A stretch of DNA of 64,000 nucleotides from Casimicrobiaceae bacterium. GTDB taxonomy: Bacteria > Pseudomonadota > Gammaproteobacteria > Burkholderiales > Casimicrobiaceae. Below are positions 1 to 11,046 of the stretch, piece after piece (position 1 is the stretch's first letter; each line of letters starts with the position of its first letter). A model generated the notes under the pieces. It was not told where the DNA came from. It saw nothing but the letters and a program-made list of their open reading frames with translations, and made no database searches. The stretch spans positions 3,367-67,366 of the forward strand of contig DASPTZ010000093.1 in NCBI GenBank assembly GCA_035623155.1, read 5' to 3'. The position numbers were made by a program, and so were the translations under genes.

Positions 1-223
1 CAACGCGATGACGACGATTTCCGCGGTGGTCTTCCTCTATGCGCCCAAGACGACGCTGGTGTCGATCTCGATCGTCAAGCTGGACGAGGCGGGAAGCGTC
101 GGTCCGGCTGCAGCCGTCGCGACTCTGATCGTCGCCACGTCGGCGGTCGTGACCGTGGCGTCGCTCGCCGCCGAAGGCTGGCTCCTGCGCCGTACGCAGG
201 CGTGGCGGCGGGCCGCCCAATGA
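1..223 (+). CDS. ABC transporter permease, C-terminal fragment (gene runs off left edge)
   Basis: Frame is open from the window edge to the stop at 221-223. Hydrophobic TM-like tail ([22 protein letters not shown]). Lies directly upstream of phnW, as in 2-aminoethylphosphonate uptake operons. Confidence 0.55.
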   Translation, partial: NAMTTISAVVFLYAPKTTLVSISIVKLDEAGSVGPAAAVATLIVATSAVVTVASLAAEGWLLRRTQAWRRAAQ

Positions 224-263
224 CATTGTTCCTTACGCCCATCTCGCTTTCCGGAGAACTTCG

Positions 264-1403
264 ATGAGCCTCTTTTCCCGCGACCCGATCCTGCTCACGC
301 CGGGCCCGCTCACTACCTCGCTCGCGACCAAGGCGGCGATGCTGCGCGATTGGGGATCCTGGGACAGCAACTTCAACGCGGTAACCGCGCGCGTGCGCGA
401 GCGTCTCACTGCGATCATCGACGGGGCGGCGAGCCACGTGTGCGTGCCGATGCAGGGCAGCGGCACGTTCTCGGTTGAGGCGGCCGTCAACACGCTGGTC
501 CCGCGCGACGGCCACGTGCTGGTTCTGGTCAACGGCGCCTACGGCAAGCGCATGGCGCGGCTCACCGAAATGATGGGCCGCAGGCTGTCCGTGATCGAAG
601 CCGCCGACGACGCCGTGATCACCGGTGCAGACGTCGCCCGCGCGCTCGACGCCGACCGCTCGATCACCCACGTCGGGCTCATCCACTGCGAGACTTCCAC
701 CGGCATCCTCAATCCGCTGCCGGAGATCGCAGCGGCCGTCGCCGGCCGCGGCCGCAGCCTGATCGTCGACGCGATGAGCTCCTTCGGCGCCATCGCCATC
801 GACGCGACCAGGGTGCCGTTCGATGCGCTGGTGGCTGCGTCCGGCAAGTGCATCGAGGGACCGCCGGGAATGGGTTTCGTCTTCGTCCGCAAGGCCGTGC
901 TCGAGAAGAGTGCGGGAAACTCGACGTCGCTCTCGCTCGATCTTCACGACCAGTGGCAGTACATGGAGAAGACTACCCAGTGGCGCTATACGCCGCCGAC
1001 CCACGTCGTCGCGGCAGTCGATGCGGCGCTCGAGCAGTATCGCGCGGAGGGCGGTCAGCCGACCCGGCTCGCCCGCTACACGGCGAATTGCGAGACGCTC
1101 ATCGCCGGCATGAAGGAGCTCGGGTTCAAGGTCTTTCTCGATCCGAGGGTCCAGGCGCCGATCATCGTCACCTTCCATGCTCCGCCCGACGCCAGATACG
1201 CATTCAAGGCGTTCTACGAGCGCGTACGCGACAAGGGTTTCATCCTCTACCCGGGCAAGCTCACGCAGGCGGAGACCTTTCGGGTCGGCTGCATCGGAGC
1301 GATCGGGCCGGAGGAGATGCGCCACGCGGTCAACGCGGTGCGCGACAGCCTGCGCGAGCTCGGCATCAAGCAGGTCACGCCCGCGGCGGTCAAGGCCGCT
1401 TGA
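264..1403 (+). CDS. phnW: 2-aminoethylphosphonate--pyruvate transaminase
   Basis: 379-aa ORF. N-terminus '[31 protein letters not shown]' and the class-V aminotransferase layout are typical of PhnW. Confidence 0.9.
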   Translation: MSLFSRDPILLTPGPLTTSLATKAAMLRDWGSWDSNFNAVTARVRERLTAIIDGAASHVCVPMQGSGTFSVEAAVNTLVPRDGHVLVLVNGAYGKRMARLTEMMGRRLSVIEAADDAVITGADVARALDADRSITHVGLIHCETSTGILNPLPEIAAAVAGRGRSLIVDAMSSFGAIAIDATRVPFDALVAASGKCIEGPPGMGFVFVRKAVLEKSAGNSTSLSLDLHDQWQYMEKTTQWRYTPPTHVVAAVDAALEQYRAEGGQPTRLARYTANCETLIAGMKELGFKVFLDPRVQAPIIVTFHAPPDARYAFKAFYERVRDKGFILYPGKLTQAETFRVGCIGAIGPEEMRHAVNAVRDSLRELGIKQVTPAAVKAA

Positions 1404-1462
1404 GCGCAGCGTAGCCCGGGGGGAGCCGAAGCCGAAGCCCGGGGTCGTCGCGCCGCGCTCGC

Positions 1463-1500
1463 CCTGGGTTTCCCCGGGTCGAGTCCGGGGTCAACCCAGG
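1463..1500. terminator. Stem-loop between convergent phnW and Nudix genes (possible bidirectional terminator)
   Basis: cctgggtt/aacccagg (8 bp) enclosing ccccgg/ccgggg (6 bp) with a 7-nt loop. No U-tract. Overlaps the Nudix stop codon. Confidence 0.3.
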
Positions 1501-2414
1501 CCGCAGACAGGATCCAGTGTCGGGTACCTCAAACGGCAAAGCACCGCGTAGTCGGAACAACCGGTCGCGATAACGCCGTGACGGATCAGGCAGTCGACGA
1601 TCACCAGGCTGGCATCGGCGGTGACGACATCGGGGCCCCGCCGGTTCGCTACCAACGCGCCGGCATCGCAGAGCGTTACCAAGCGGTGGCCAACGACCTC
1701 TCGATCCTGGCACGCCGGAGTGAAGCTCGCGTCGAGCCACAGGTCGTGTACGAAGATCGTCTCGCGCTGCAACCCGTCTGCTTGCGCGCGGCATACATGC
1801 ACCGTTCCATGCGGCTGCGCTTGTGCCGCGACGGTCCCGGGAATACCGGCTTCCTCCCACGCTTCCTTGACGAGCGTCGCCAGAACGCTCACGCCGGCGG
1901 CGATTCCGCCTCCCACCAGGTTGTCGAGCCGCCCAGGATCGATGGCTTTGCGAGGACTGCGTCGCGCGATCCACATGCGCGTTGCATCATCCCGGCCCAC
2001 GAGGCCGTTGACATGCGCGGCAAACGTGCGGATCCCGAAATAGCGCGCCGCGGCACGCTCGAGCTCGAAATGCGGAACGCCGCCGTATTCTCCGACCACG
2101 GCGTAGCGCTCATTGCGCCAGGCGCTGAGCGACCGCTCCTGCGCAAGCGTCCGAGCGACGCGATCCACCGCCAGCGTCCGCTCGGGAGGCTCGACCAATG
2201 CATCGACGAAGCTGATCGTGCGTTCGTCGACCACGAAAACATCGCGAAACGCAGCGAGTCGTCTCGCCCGCTCGTCGTCTACCCATCCGACGCTCTCGCA
2301 GTCGACGACCAGAGGCCGATAGCGCCCGCGCGGCGCAGCCAGAACGTCCTCTAGACGCGCACGCAGGGCGGTTACAATAGAGGCGATGTCCACGCCGGAA
2401 TTGTAGCGTTCCAT
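1491..2414 (-). CDS. Nudix-family hydrolase with N-terminal DUF4743-like domain
   Basis: ORF 1491-2453. Start chosen at ATG 2414 (MERYNSG...); an alternative GTG lies at 2392. Nudix-box-like 'GGGIAAGVSVLATLVKEAWEEAGI'. Confidence 0.75.
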   Translation of the reverse strand: MERYNSGVDIASIVTALRARLEDVLAAPRGRYRPLVVDCESVGWVDDERARRLAAFRDVFVVDERTISFVDALVEPPERTLAVDRVARTLAQERSLSAWRNERYAVVGEYGGVPHFELERAAARYFGIRTFAAHVNGLVGRDDATRMWIARRSPRKAIDPGRLDNLVGGGIAAGVSVLATLVKEAWEEAGIPGTVAAQAQPHGTVHVCRAQADGLQRETIFVHDLWLDASFTPACQDREVVGHRLVTLCDAGALVANRRGPDVVTADASLVIVDCLIRHGVIATGCSDYAVLCRLRYPTLDPVCGLG

Positions 2415-3081
2415 GCCTGCCGACGTTCTAGCCTTGTTCGATCTTGACCACACGCTGATTGCTCACGACAGCGACGAGCAGTGGGTCGACTTCCTGGTGG
2501 AGCAAGGCGCGCTCGACCCGGTTCGCTACGAGACCGCAAATCGCGACCTCATCGCGCGCTACAACCGGGGTGAAGCCAGCACCCTGGAATTCACCGAGTT
2601 CTACCTCTCGACGCTGCAAGGGTTCGACGAAGCCGAGTTGCTGCTATGGCGCGACAAGTATCTGGCTCGGAAGATCCGCCCGCGCATCACTCAGCGGGCG
2701 CGAGCACTCGTCGAGCGCCACCGTGCCGCCGGCGATCTGCGCGTCGTAACGACCGCGGTCTTTCGATTCCTCTCGGAACCGATCGCCGCGGAGTTCGGCA
2801 TCGAACACGTCATCGCGACCGAGGCCGAGCGGATCAACGGGCGGTACACCGGACGGGTCGCCGGTGTGCCCAATGTCCGGGAAGGGAAATACGAACGACT
2901 CGTCGGCTGGCTCGCTGACCGCGGGTTGACGCTTGGCGATTTTCGCCAAAGCTGGTTCTACGGTGATTCGATCAACGATCTCTCGCTGTTCTCGCGTGTG
3001 ACGCATCCCGTCGCCGTCAACGCGGACCCGACGCTCGCCGCCGCCCGCCACATGGGCTGGCCCGAGATGCGCGTCGCCTGA
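2413..3081 (+). CDS. HAD-IB family hydrolase (SerB/YfhB-like phosphatase), paralog 1
   Basis: Motif I 'LFDLDHTLI' and motif IV 'GDSINDL'. 222 aa. Confidence 0.8.
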   Translation: MPADVLALFDLDHTLIAHDSDEQWVDFLVEQGALDPVRYETANRDLIARYNRGEASTLEFTEFYLSTLQGFDEAELLLWRDKYLARKIRPRITQRARALVERHRAAGDLRVVTTAVFRFLSEPIAAEFGIEHVIATEAERINGRYTGRVAGVPNVREGKYERLVGWLADRGLTLGDFRQSWFYGDSINDLSLFSRVTHPVAVNADPTLAAARHMGWPEMRVA

Positions 3082-3083
3082 AC

Positions 3084-3767
3084 GTGGACGCCGCGGTGTC
3101 CCGGGAAGTCCTCGCACTGTTCGACCTGGACCGCACGCTTCTCTTCAACGACTGCGACGAAGCGTGGATTGAATTCCTGATCGATCGAGGTGTGCTCGAC
3201 CGTGCCGAGTTCGAGGAACGCAACCGCGTGGTGGTCGATCGCTACCGCCACGGGGTGGTTGGAACCATCGAATACACCGAGTTCTATGTGTCGACGCTGG
3301 CGTCGCATCCCATGAGCCGGCTAGAAGCGTGGCGCGGCGAGTACATGCAAACCAAGATTCTGCCGGCGATCTCCGTCGCGGCGCGCGAGCTGGTCGATCG
3401 TCACCGTGCCGCCGGCGATCTGACCATCCTCACCACCGCCGCGAGCCGCTTCCTGACCGCGCCGATCGCCCGCGAATTCGGCTTCGAGCACCTCATCGCC
3501 ACCGAGCCTGAGACGCGCAACGGCGTCTACACGGGCAAGGTGGCCGGCACGCCCAACATGCGCGAGGGCAAGATCGCGCGGCTCGATGCGTGGCTGGAAT
3601 CGCACGGCGGTTCCTTCGCCGGATTTCGCCGCAGCTGGTTCTACAGCGATTCGCGCAACGACATCCCGCTGCTTTCTCGCGTCACCGATCCGGTCGCCGT
3701 CAACCCGGACCCGACCCTTGCCGCGCTCGCCGCAGAGCGAGGCTGGCGGGTACTGACGATCGGGTAG
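3084..3767 (+). CDS. HAD-IB family hydrolase, paralog 2 (tandem duplicate)
   Basis: GTG start 2 nt after the paralog 1 stop. 'LFDLDRTLL' and 'SDSRNDI'. Collinear with paralog 1 over its full length. Confidence 0.8.
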   Translation: MDAAVSREVLALFDLDRTLLFNDCDEAWIEFLIDRGVLDRAEFEERNRVVVDRYRHGVVGTIEYTEFYVSTLASHPMSRLEAWRGEYMQTKILPAISVAARELVDRHRAAGDLTILTTAASRFLTAPIAREFGFEHLIATEPETRNGVYTGKVAGTPNMREGKIARLDAWLESHGGSFAGFRRSWFYSDSRNDIPLLSRVTDPVAVNPDPTLAALAAERGWRVLTIG

Positions 3768-3793
3768 AATCCGCCCTTTTTTCGGAGAGCTCG

Positions 3794-4732
3794 ATGGCCG
3801 CTCGCTTGATTGATGGCAAGGCCTGCGCTGCGCGCATCACCGCGGAGGTCTCCAGGCAAGCCGCGCTGCGCTCGGCAACGAGCAAGTCGACTCCGGGGCT
3901 CGCGGTCATCCTGGTCGGGGACAACGCGGCTTCGCAGGTGTACGTTCGCAACAAGCGTGCGACGACGGAGGCGGTAGGCATGCGGTCGCTCTCCTTCGAT
4001 CTGCCGGCGACGGTACCGCAGGCGGAGCTTCTTTCGCTGATCGACAAGCTGAACGCCGACGCTTCGGTGCACGGGATCCTCGTACAACTGCCGCTACCCA
4101 AGCACATCGACGCCGACGTGATCACCGAGCGAATCGACCCCCTCAAAGACGTCGATGGGCTCACTCCCTACAACATGGGCCGCCTGCTGCTCAAGCGGCC
4201 GGTGCTGCGGCCGTGCACGCCGCAGGGCTGCATGCGCCTGCTTCGCGAAACCGGCGAGGATCTCGTCGGCAAGCACGCGGTGATCATCGGACAGTCGAAC
4301 ATCGTCGGCCGCCCGATGGCGCTGGAGCTGCTGATGGCGCGCTGCACGGTGACGGTGTGCCACACCGGAACACGTGATCTGCCGGGTGTGGTGGCGACCG
4401 CGGAAATCCTGGTCGCGGCGATGGGCAAGCTTCGATTCGTGCAGGGCGAGTGGATCAAGCCGGGCGCCATCGTCATCGACGTCGGAACCAACCGCACTCC
4501 CGAGGGCAAGCTGCGCGGCGACGTCGATTTCGACGCTGCGAAGGAGCGAGCGGCCTGGATCACGCCGGTGCCGGGCGGTGTCGGCCCGATGACCATCGCC
4601 ATGCTGCTCGCCAACACCTTGAGGGCGGCAGAGCTTCGCGATGTGGCCGGGTCAAGCCCCGCGCAGGTGCCAGGCCTTGGGACGCGTGAAGGTCTGGATG
4701 CCGTAGGTCGACAGCGTCAGCCCGATGCCTGA
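3794..4732 (+). CDS. folD: Bifunctional methylenetetrahydrofolate dehydrogenase/methenyl-THF cyclohydrolase
   Basis: Start chosen at ATG 3794 (MAARLIDGK). Motifs 'GLAVILVGDNAASQVYVRNK', 'GQSNIVGRPMA' and 'PVPGGVGPMTIAML'. Carries a C-terminal tail of about 25 aa beyond the usual end. Confidence 0.9.
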   Translation: MAARLIDGKACAARITAEVSRQAALRSATSKSTPGLAVILVGDNAASQVYVRNKRATTEAVGMRSLSFDLPATVPQAELLSLIDKLNADASVHGILVQLPLPKHIDADVITERIDPLKDVDGLTPYNMGRLLLKRPVLRPCTPQGCMRLLRETGEDLVGKHAVIIGQSNIVGRPMALELLMARCTVTVCHTGTRDLPGVVATAEILVAAMGKLRFVQGEWIKPGAIVIDVGTNRTPEGKLRGDVDFDAAKERAAWITPVPGGVGPMTIAMLLANTLRAAELRDVAGSSPAQVPGLGTREGLDAVGRQRQPDA

Positions 4733-6022
4733 ATGGCCGACGCCGGACCAGGGCAGGCGGGGGCTGACGCGGTCGCAGCAGTTCCAGTAGACCGAGCCCG
4801 AGTGAACCTGGGCGAGGATCCTGCGCGCGCGCTTCTCGTCGGCTGTGTAAACGCCTGCCGTTAGCCCGTATTCGGTATCGTTCATCAGCGCCACGGCTTC
4901 GGCGTCGTCTTTGACCTTCTGAATGCCGATGATGGGACCGAAGCTCTCGTCCTTCATCAGCGCCATGCGGTGATCGGCGTCGACGAACACGGTGGGCTCG
5001 AACCAGTTGCCCTTGCCTTTGATCGCGTGGCCGCCGGCGAGCAGCCTGGCGCCCTTCTTTTTCGCGTCAGCGACCTGGCGCCTCAACACCTCGATCTGAG
5101 GCCGGCGTGTGATCGGGCCGATGTAGGTCGACTCGTCCATCGGATCGCCGGTCCGGTAGCCCTTGACCTCGGCCACGAACGCCGAGACGAATGCATCGTG
5201 GACTTTTTCGTGGACGTAAATGCGCTCGACCGAGCAGCACGACTGGCCGGTGTTGTAGAAAGCCCCGTCGGCGATGGACGCGGCCGCGGTTCCTGCGTCG
5301 ACGTCATCGCAGACGTAAACCGGATCTTTGCCGCCCAGCTCGAGCTGCACCTTGATCATCTTGCGCCCTGCGGCTGCACCGACCTTGGCGCCGGTTGAGT
5401 AAGAGCCCGTGAAAAATACGCCGTCGACGGGCTGTCGCAGGAGTGCAGCGCCGGTCGCACCGCCGCCGATCACCGGGACGAACACGTCCTTGGGGATGCC
5501 TGCCTCGTCGAGCATCTCGGCGATGTGCAAGCCCGTGAGCGTCGCGTACTCCGAAGGCTTGTACAGCACCGCGTTACCGGCGATCAGCGCCGGCACGAAC
5601 ACGTTGCTGCCGACGAAGTAGGGATAGTTCCACGCCGAGATGTTGGCGATGACGCCGAGCGGCTCGTGCGAGATCCGCTCCTCGAGCTTGTGCTCGGCAT
5701 CGGCATACACCTTCTCATCGCGCAGCACGCGCGCCGCTTCGGCGAGGAAGAAGTCGACGCGGACGAGCAACCCGTCGAGCTCATTGCGCGACTGCCTGAT
5801 CGGCTTGCCGACTTCCTGCGTGAGCGTTCGCGCCAGCGTTTCGCGCATCGCGGTGATGCGCTCGCGGAAAGCACGAATGGCGTCGAGCCGCTTCCTGATC
5901 GGAGTGGCCGCCCACGCGGGCTGCGCGGCCCGGGCGCGCAGATACTTGGTCTTGACCGCGCCTGCGGCGTCTTCCGCGATTTCGGCGATGACGGCGTTGG
6001 TGGCGGGATTCAAGACCTTCAC
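4652..6022 (-). CDS. NAD(P)-dependent aldehyde dehydrogenase
   Basis: GTG start at 6022 overlaps the upstream stop (GTGA). 'ELGGKDP' and 'FYNTGQSCCSVERIYV' (catalytic Glu and Cys motifs). Confidence 0.85.
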   Translation of the reverse strand: MKVLNPATNAVIAEIAEDAAGAVKTKYLRARAAQPAWAATPIRKRLDAIRAFRERITAMRETLARTLTQEVGKPIRQSRNELDGLLVRVDFFLAEAARVLRDEKVYADAEHKLEERISHEPLGVIANISAWNYPYFVGSNVFVPALIAGNAVLYKPSEYATLTGLHIAEMLDEAGIPKDVFVPVIGGGATGAALLRQPVDGVFFTGSYSTGAKVGAAAGRKMIKVQLELGGKDPVYVCDDVDAGTAAASIADGAFYNTGQSCCSVERIYVHEKVHDAFVSAFVAEVKGYRTGDPMDESTYIGPITRRPQIEVLRRQVADAKKKGARLLAGGHAIKGKGNWFEPTVFVDADHRMALMKDESFGPIIGIQKVKDDAEAVALMNDTEYGLTAGVYTADEKRARRILAQVHSGSVYWNCCDRVSPRLPWSGVGHSGIGLTLSTYGIQTFTRPKAWHLRGA

Positions 6023-6792
6023 GGTCGGTGCCTGGCGTGCGCGAGAAAGTCGTCGAGCAGCGGCGTGTCGTCGATGAACGAGCGGTCCTCGGCATCGTGG
6101 AATTCCGGGTGCCATTGCACCGCGAAGACGTAGGAAGGGCCGGTCCAGCGCAGCGCCTCGACCACGCGATCGGGCTCGGACCACGCCTCGAGCACCAGGT
6201 CGCGGCCGAGGTCCTTCACCGCCTGATGGTGCACCGAGTTGGTCTTGGTCAGCTCAAGCCCGGGGTAGAGGGCGGCGAGCCCCGACCCGGGGACGATCGA
6301 GGTGGCGTGGCAGTTCTCGGCATAGATGTCCCAGTTGCGGTGATTGAGCGACCCGCGGAGCTGGGTCGGCAGGTCCTGATACAGCGTCCCGCCGAAGGCG
6401 ACGTTGATGACCTGGGCGCCGCGGCAGATTCCTAGTACGGGCTTTCCCCCGGCCATGAAGCCGCGCAAAAGCGCGATCTCGTAGTCGTCACGGATCCGGT
6501 CTCCGTTCCATTCGGGCTTGATCGCGCGCTCTCCATAGGTTTCCGGGCAGACGTCGGAGCCTCCCATGAGCACCAGCGCGTCGAGCTCGTGCGCGTAGTC
6601 GGCCACGCCGACACTGCTCGACCCGCGCCGCGTCTCGCCGTCGGGCGAGGGAATCATCAGCGCCATGGCATCCCTCTGCATCACCCAGTGCGCCATGTTC
6701 TGCTCGATGTACTGCAGCGTCATGCCCTTGAAAATCGGACGCTTGGGATCGGCGTGGAAGAAGCACGCGGAAATGCCGACCTTCAGCATCAT
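6019..6792 (-). CDS. Class I glutamine amidotransferase-like gamma-glutamyl-amide hydrolase (peptidase C26, PuuD-like)
   Basis: Start MMLKVG at 6792 (ATGA overlap with the upstream stop). 'GICRGAQVINVAFGGTLYQDL' (nucleophile Cys) and 'VQWHPE' (His). Confidence 0.85.
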   Translation of the reverse strand: MMLKVGISACFFHADPKRPIFKGMTLQYIEQNMAHWVMQRDAMALMIPSPDGETRRGSSSVGVADYAHELDALVLMGGSDVCPETYGERAIKPEWNGDRIRDDYEIALLRGFMAGGKPVLGICRGAQVINVAFGGTLYQDLPTQLRGSLNHRNWDIYAENCHATSIVPGSGLAALYPGLELTKTNSVHHQAVKDLGRDLVLEAWSEPDRVVEALRWTGPSYVFAVQWHPEFHDAEDRSFIDDTPLLDDFLAHARHRP

Positions 6793-7958
6793 GACATCGC
6801 CGCCGTAAAGATCTGCTCGAAGTCCGCTCGAGTGCACTTCCGCGGATTGGTTTGATGGCAGGTGTCGTTGATGGCAACCTCGACGAGCGCGGGAATGTCG
6901 GCGCGGGTGACGAGACGCGTCGCCTGGTAGGCGCGCAGCGTCGAAGGAATCGCCAGGTCGGATTTGAGCGCCGCGAGCCAGTCGATGAACGCCTCCGCGC
7001 TGGCCTCGGGCAATGCACCAGATACATCGGCACCAACCACGTGCGCGAGCTCCGCCAGCTTGGTGATTGCCGAGGGCAGGTTGAAGCGCATGACGTGGTC
7101 GATCATGATGCCGTTGGCGAGCCCGTGGTGCAGGTCGGCCACCGTGGAGAGGGCGTGCGCGCACGAGTGCACAGCCCCCACGTCCTTCTGGAAGGCGACC
7201 GCTCCCATCATCGAAGCCATCAACATGTCCGAGCGCGCATCGAGGTCGTGAGGTTCGCGCACCGCCTTCCGGAGCGACTTGGAGGCGATGCGCGCGCCTT
7301 CCAGCGCGATGCCATCGCACAGAGGGTGGTACGCCGGCGACAGGTACGATTCCACGTTGTGGGTGAGCGCGTCCATTCCGGTCGCGGCGGTGATGCCGGG
7401 CGGCAGGTCGAGCGTGAGCTCAGGGTCGGCGAACACCGCCTTGGCGAGCAGCTTGGGCGAGAAGATGATCTTCTTGATGTGCGTCCGGTCGTCCGAGATG
7501 ACGCTCGAGCGGCCGACCTCGGAGCCCGTGCCGGCGGTGGTCGGCAGCGCGATGAAGTAAGGCAGCTCGCGTTCGATCGGCCGGACCTGCGGATGGTCCC
7601 AGGCGTACTCGAGGACGTCGCCCGGATGCGTGGCCATCAGCGCGATCGCCTTGGCGACGTCGAGTGCCGCGCCTCCGCCCAAACCGATGATCGCGTCCGC
7701 CCGATGCGCCTTGAACGCCTCGACGCCGCCGTCGACCTGGCTCCTCACCGGGTTGCCCCAGATGTCCGAGTACACGGCGACGCTCAAGCCGGCGAGCCCC
7801 CCGAGGAAATTGGAGAGCAGCGGCAACGGCGCGATGCCTCGGTCGGTGACGATGAGCGGGCGTTGAAGGCCCTGCGATCGCAGATGCTCCGCGACGAGCT
7901 GGCGCGCGCCCGGACCGAAGTGGATCGTGGTCGGGAAGGCGAACCGCGACAGGGTCAT
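6789..7958 (-). CDS. Iron-containing (group III) alcohol dehydrogenase
   Basis: Start MTLSRF at 7958 (ATGA overlap). 'GLGGGAALDVAKAIA', 'PTTAGTGSEV' and 'HSCAHALS...HHGLANG' metal-site histidines. Confidence 0.85.
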   Translation of the reverse strand: MTLSRFAFPTTIHFGPGARQLVAEHLRSQGLQRPLIVTDRGIAPLPLLSNFLGGLAGLSVAVYSDIWGNPVRSQVDGGVEAFKAHRADAIIGLGGGAALDVAKAIALMATHPGDVLEYAWDHPQVRPIERELPYFIALPTTAGTGSEVGRSSVISDDRTHIKKIIFSPKLLAKAVFADPELTLDLPPGITAATGMDALTHNVESYLSPAYHPLCDGIALEGARIASKSLRKAVREPHDLDARSDMLMASMMGAVAFQKDVGAVHSCAHALSTVADLHHGLANGIMIDHVMRFNLPSAITKLAELAHVVGADVSGALPEASAEAFIDWLAALKSDLAIPSTLRAYQATRLVTRADIPALVEVAINDTCHQTNPRKCTRADFEQIFTAAMS

Positions 7959-9540
7959 TTGGCTTCGCGTCCCGCCAGCGGGCCTGCGCCGATCTGCACG
8001 AAGCGAAGTTCGAGGATGTCGCTGGGCCACTGCGCGACGCTGATGTCGGGACGCATTACCCAGGTGAGCGTCCGTCGATATAGCGGGATCAGCGGCAGGT
8101 CGGCGTTCATGATGCGCAGCGCGTCGCCGATCAGCTGGCGGCGGTGGTTGATGTCGGGATCCACTCGGATGGCTTCGATGATGCCGTCGAGTCGCGGGTT
8201 CGAATAGCGCCCTCCGTTGAAGGTGCCGGCGCCGTCCGGGCCGTTGCTGCGGACGATCGCATAGAGCGTCCCCCACGGGTCGGTCCCCGGCGACCAGCCG
8301 AACTCGAAAAAGCTGGTCGTAGCCTGGGTGAGCTTGGGGAAGAACGTGGCCGTCGGCCACGACTGGAAACTCGTGCGGATCCCCACCTGCGCGAGCATGC
8401 CGGCGATCGCCTGGCAGACCGCGGCGCGATACGAGGCATTGACGCAATCCAGCGTCACCGCGAAGCCGTCGGGATATCCGGCATCCTTGAGCAGGGCCTT
8501 GGCCGCGGCGGGATCGTAGGGAAGACGCCGGTCGAGCTCGGCCACGTAGCCGTCGAGCAGTCGCGAGACATAGGAGCCGGTCGGCGTGGCTTGTCCCCGC
8601 AGGACCTTCGCCACGATCGTGTCGACGTCGATCGCCTGATACACGGCGCGGCGCACGCGCAGGTCCTTGAACGGGTTGCGTCCCTTGACGTCGGCGAACT
8701 CGAGCTCGGCGCGGGCCTGGTCGAAGCCGAGATACTGCGTGCCGATGTCGGTCGTCTCGGCGAGCTTGAAGCGGCCCTCCTGCTTGAGCCGTGGTATGTC
8801 CTGGAACGGCGGATCGATCACGAAATCCACCTGGCCCGATACCAGTGCCGCGAGCCGTGTCGCATCCGACTGTATGACCACGTAGATGGCCTCGTCGACG
8901 TTGCCGCGCCGCCCCCACCAGAGCGGGTTCGCGGTGAGCACGGTCCGCGCATCGGACTCGTAGACCTTGAGCATGTACGGGCCGGTGCCGTTGGTGTTGC
9001 GCACCGCATAGGTCTCCTGCTTGGCGTTGTAGTTCTGCGGCTCCGAGACGCCGTGCGCGGCGCACCACGCCCTGCTCATGATCGCCAGGTAGACGAGCTT
9101 TTCCGGCAACACCGCGTCGGGCGCGGAGAGGATCAAGTCGACCGTGAGATCGTCCACCTTGCGCGCCTCGACGACTCCACGGAGCTGGAAGGCGCGCTGC
9201 GAGTTCTTGGCGAGCGCCCGTCCGATGGAGAAGACGACGTCGTCGGCGGTGAACGGCGTTCCGTCGTGGAACTTGACTCCGGCACGCAGCTTGAACCGCC
9301 AGCGCGTCGGCTCGACGGCCTGCCACGACACCGCGAGCGCCGGTTCGAGCGCGAAATTGCGGTCGCGGAACACCAGCGACTCGTAGATCTGGCTCCAGAT
9401 CCGCGCCTGGTACAGCAGCGCCAGCGCGTGCGGGTCCAGCGATTGAGGGTCGAATCCGCTGGCGAAGCGCAGCGTCGCGGCGGCGAGCGGGCCCGTGAAC
9501 AGCAGAGCTGCAATCAGCAGCAGTGGTGCAAGTCGTCGCG

Positions 9541-9544
<4 letters not shown>
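7955..9544 (-). CDS. ABC transporter substrate-binding protein, family 5 (peptide/opine/nickel type)
   Basis: Start MTRRLAPLLLIAALLFTGPLAAA (signal peptide) at 9544 (ATGA overlap). About 529 aa, DppA/OppA-like length and composition. Confidence 0.8.
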
Positions 9545-10914
<1,370 letters not shown>

Positions 10915-11046
10915 GCTCCCCCTCCCAGTCGTTTGGCCGGCGCGGTGGACAAGCCATCTGCCGCCGCCGGCGATTGTAACCCGGTTGCCGCGACCCGGTT
11001 GGCGCTACTGCCCGCAGCGGGATGGCCACCACACGAGGGTGGCACA

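Noticed and set aside
75-1325. Long antisense or off-frame ORFs in the track. Examples: 75-1325(-), 6852-8207(+), 8144-9559(+), the 5' part of 9523-11934(+), 12361-13665(-), 15916-17091(+), 35870-37369(-), 53600-55660(-), 55663-57015(-), 60021-61220(-).
   Set aside because: Their Arg/Ala/Pro/Gly-rich translations have no recognisable motifs. They lie opposite or out of frame with genes that have clear family signatures. This is the usual stop-codon depletion of GC-rich DNA.
264-1403. phnW is not followed by phnX (phosphonoacetaldehyde hydrolase). The nearby HAD genes at 2413-3767 might be mistaken for it.
   Set aside because: The HAD genes are subfamily IB (SerB/YfhB-like, DLDxTL...GDSxND), lie beyond a convergent Nudix gene, and lack the PhnX N-terminal DWAGT context. 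The partner gene may sit upstream of the window edge, so nothing can be concluded.
10979-11001. Direct repeat ACCCGGTTG x2, 14 nt apart, in the divergent region between the GS-like operon and the EamA gene. There is also a weak GG-N10-GC (sigma54-like) match on the minus strand nearby.
   Set aside because: At 9 nt the repeat is too short to distinguish from chance in GC-rich DNA. The sigma54 -12 element is CCGC rather than TTGC, and no enhancer-binding protein is adjacent.
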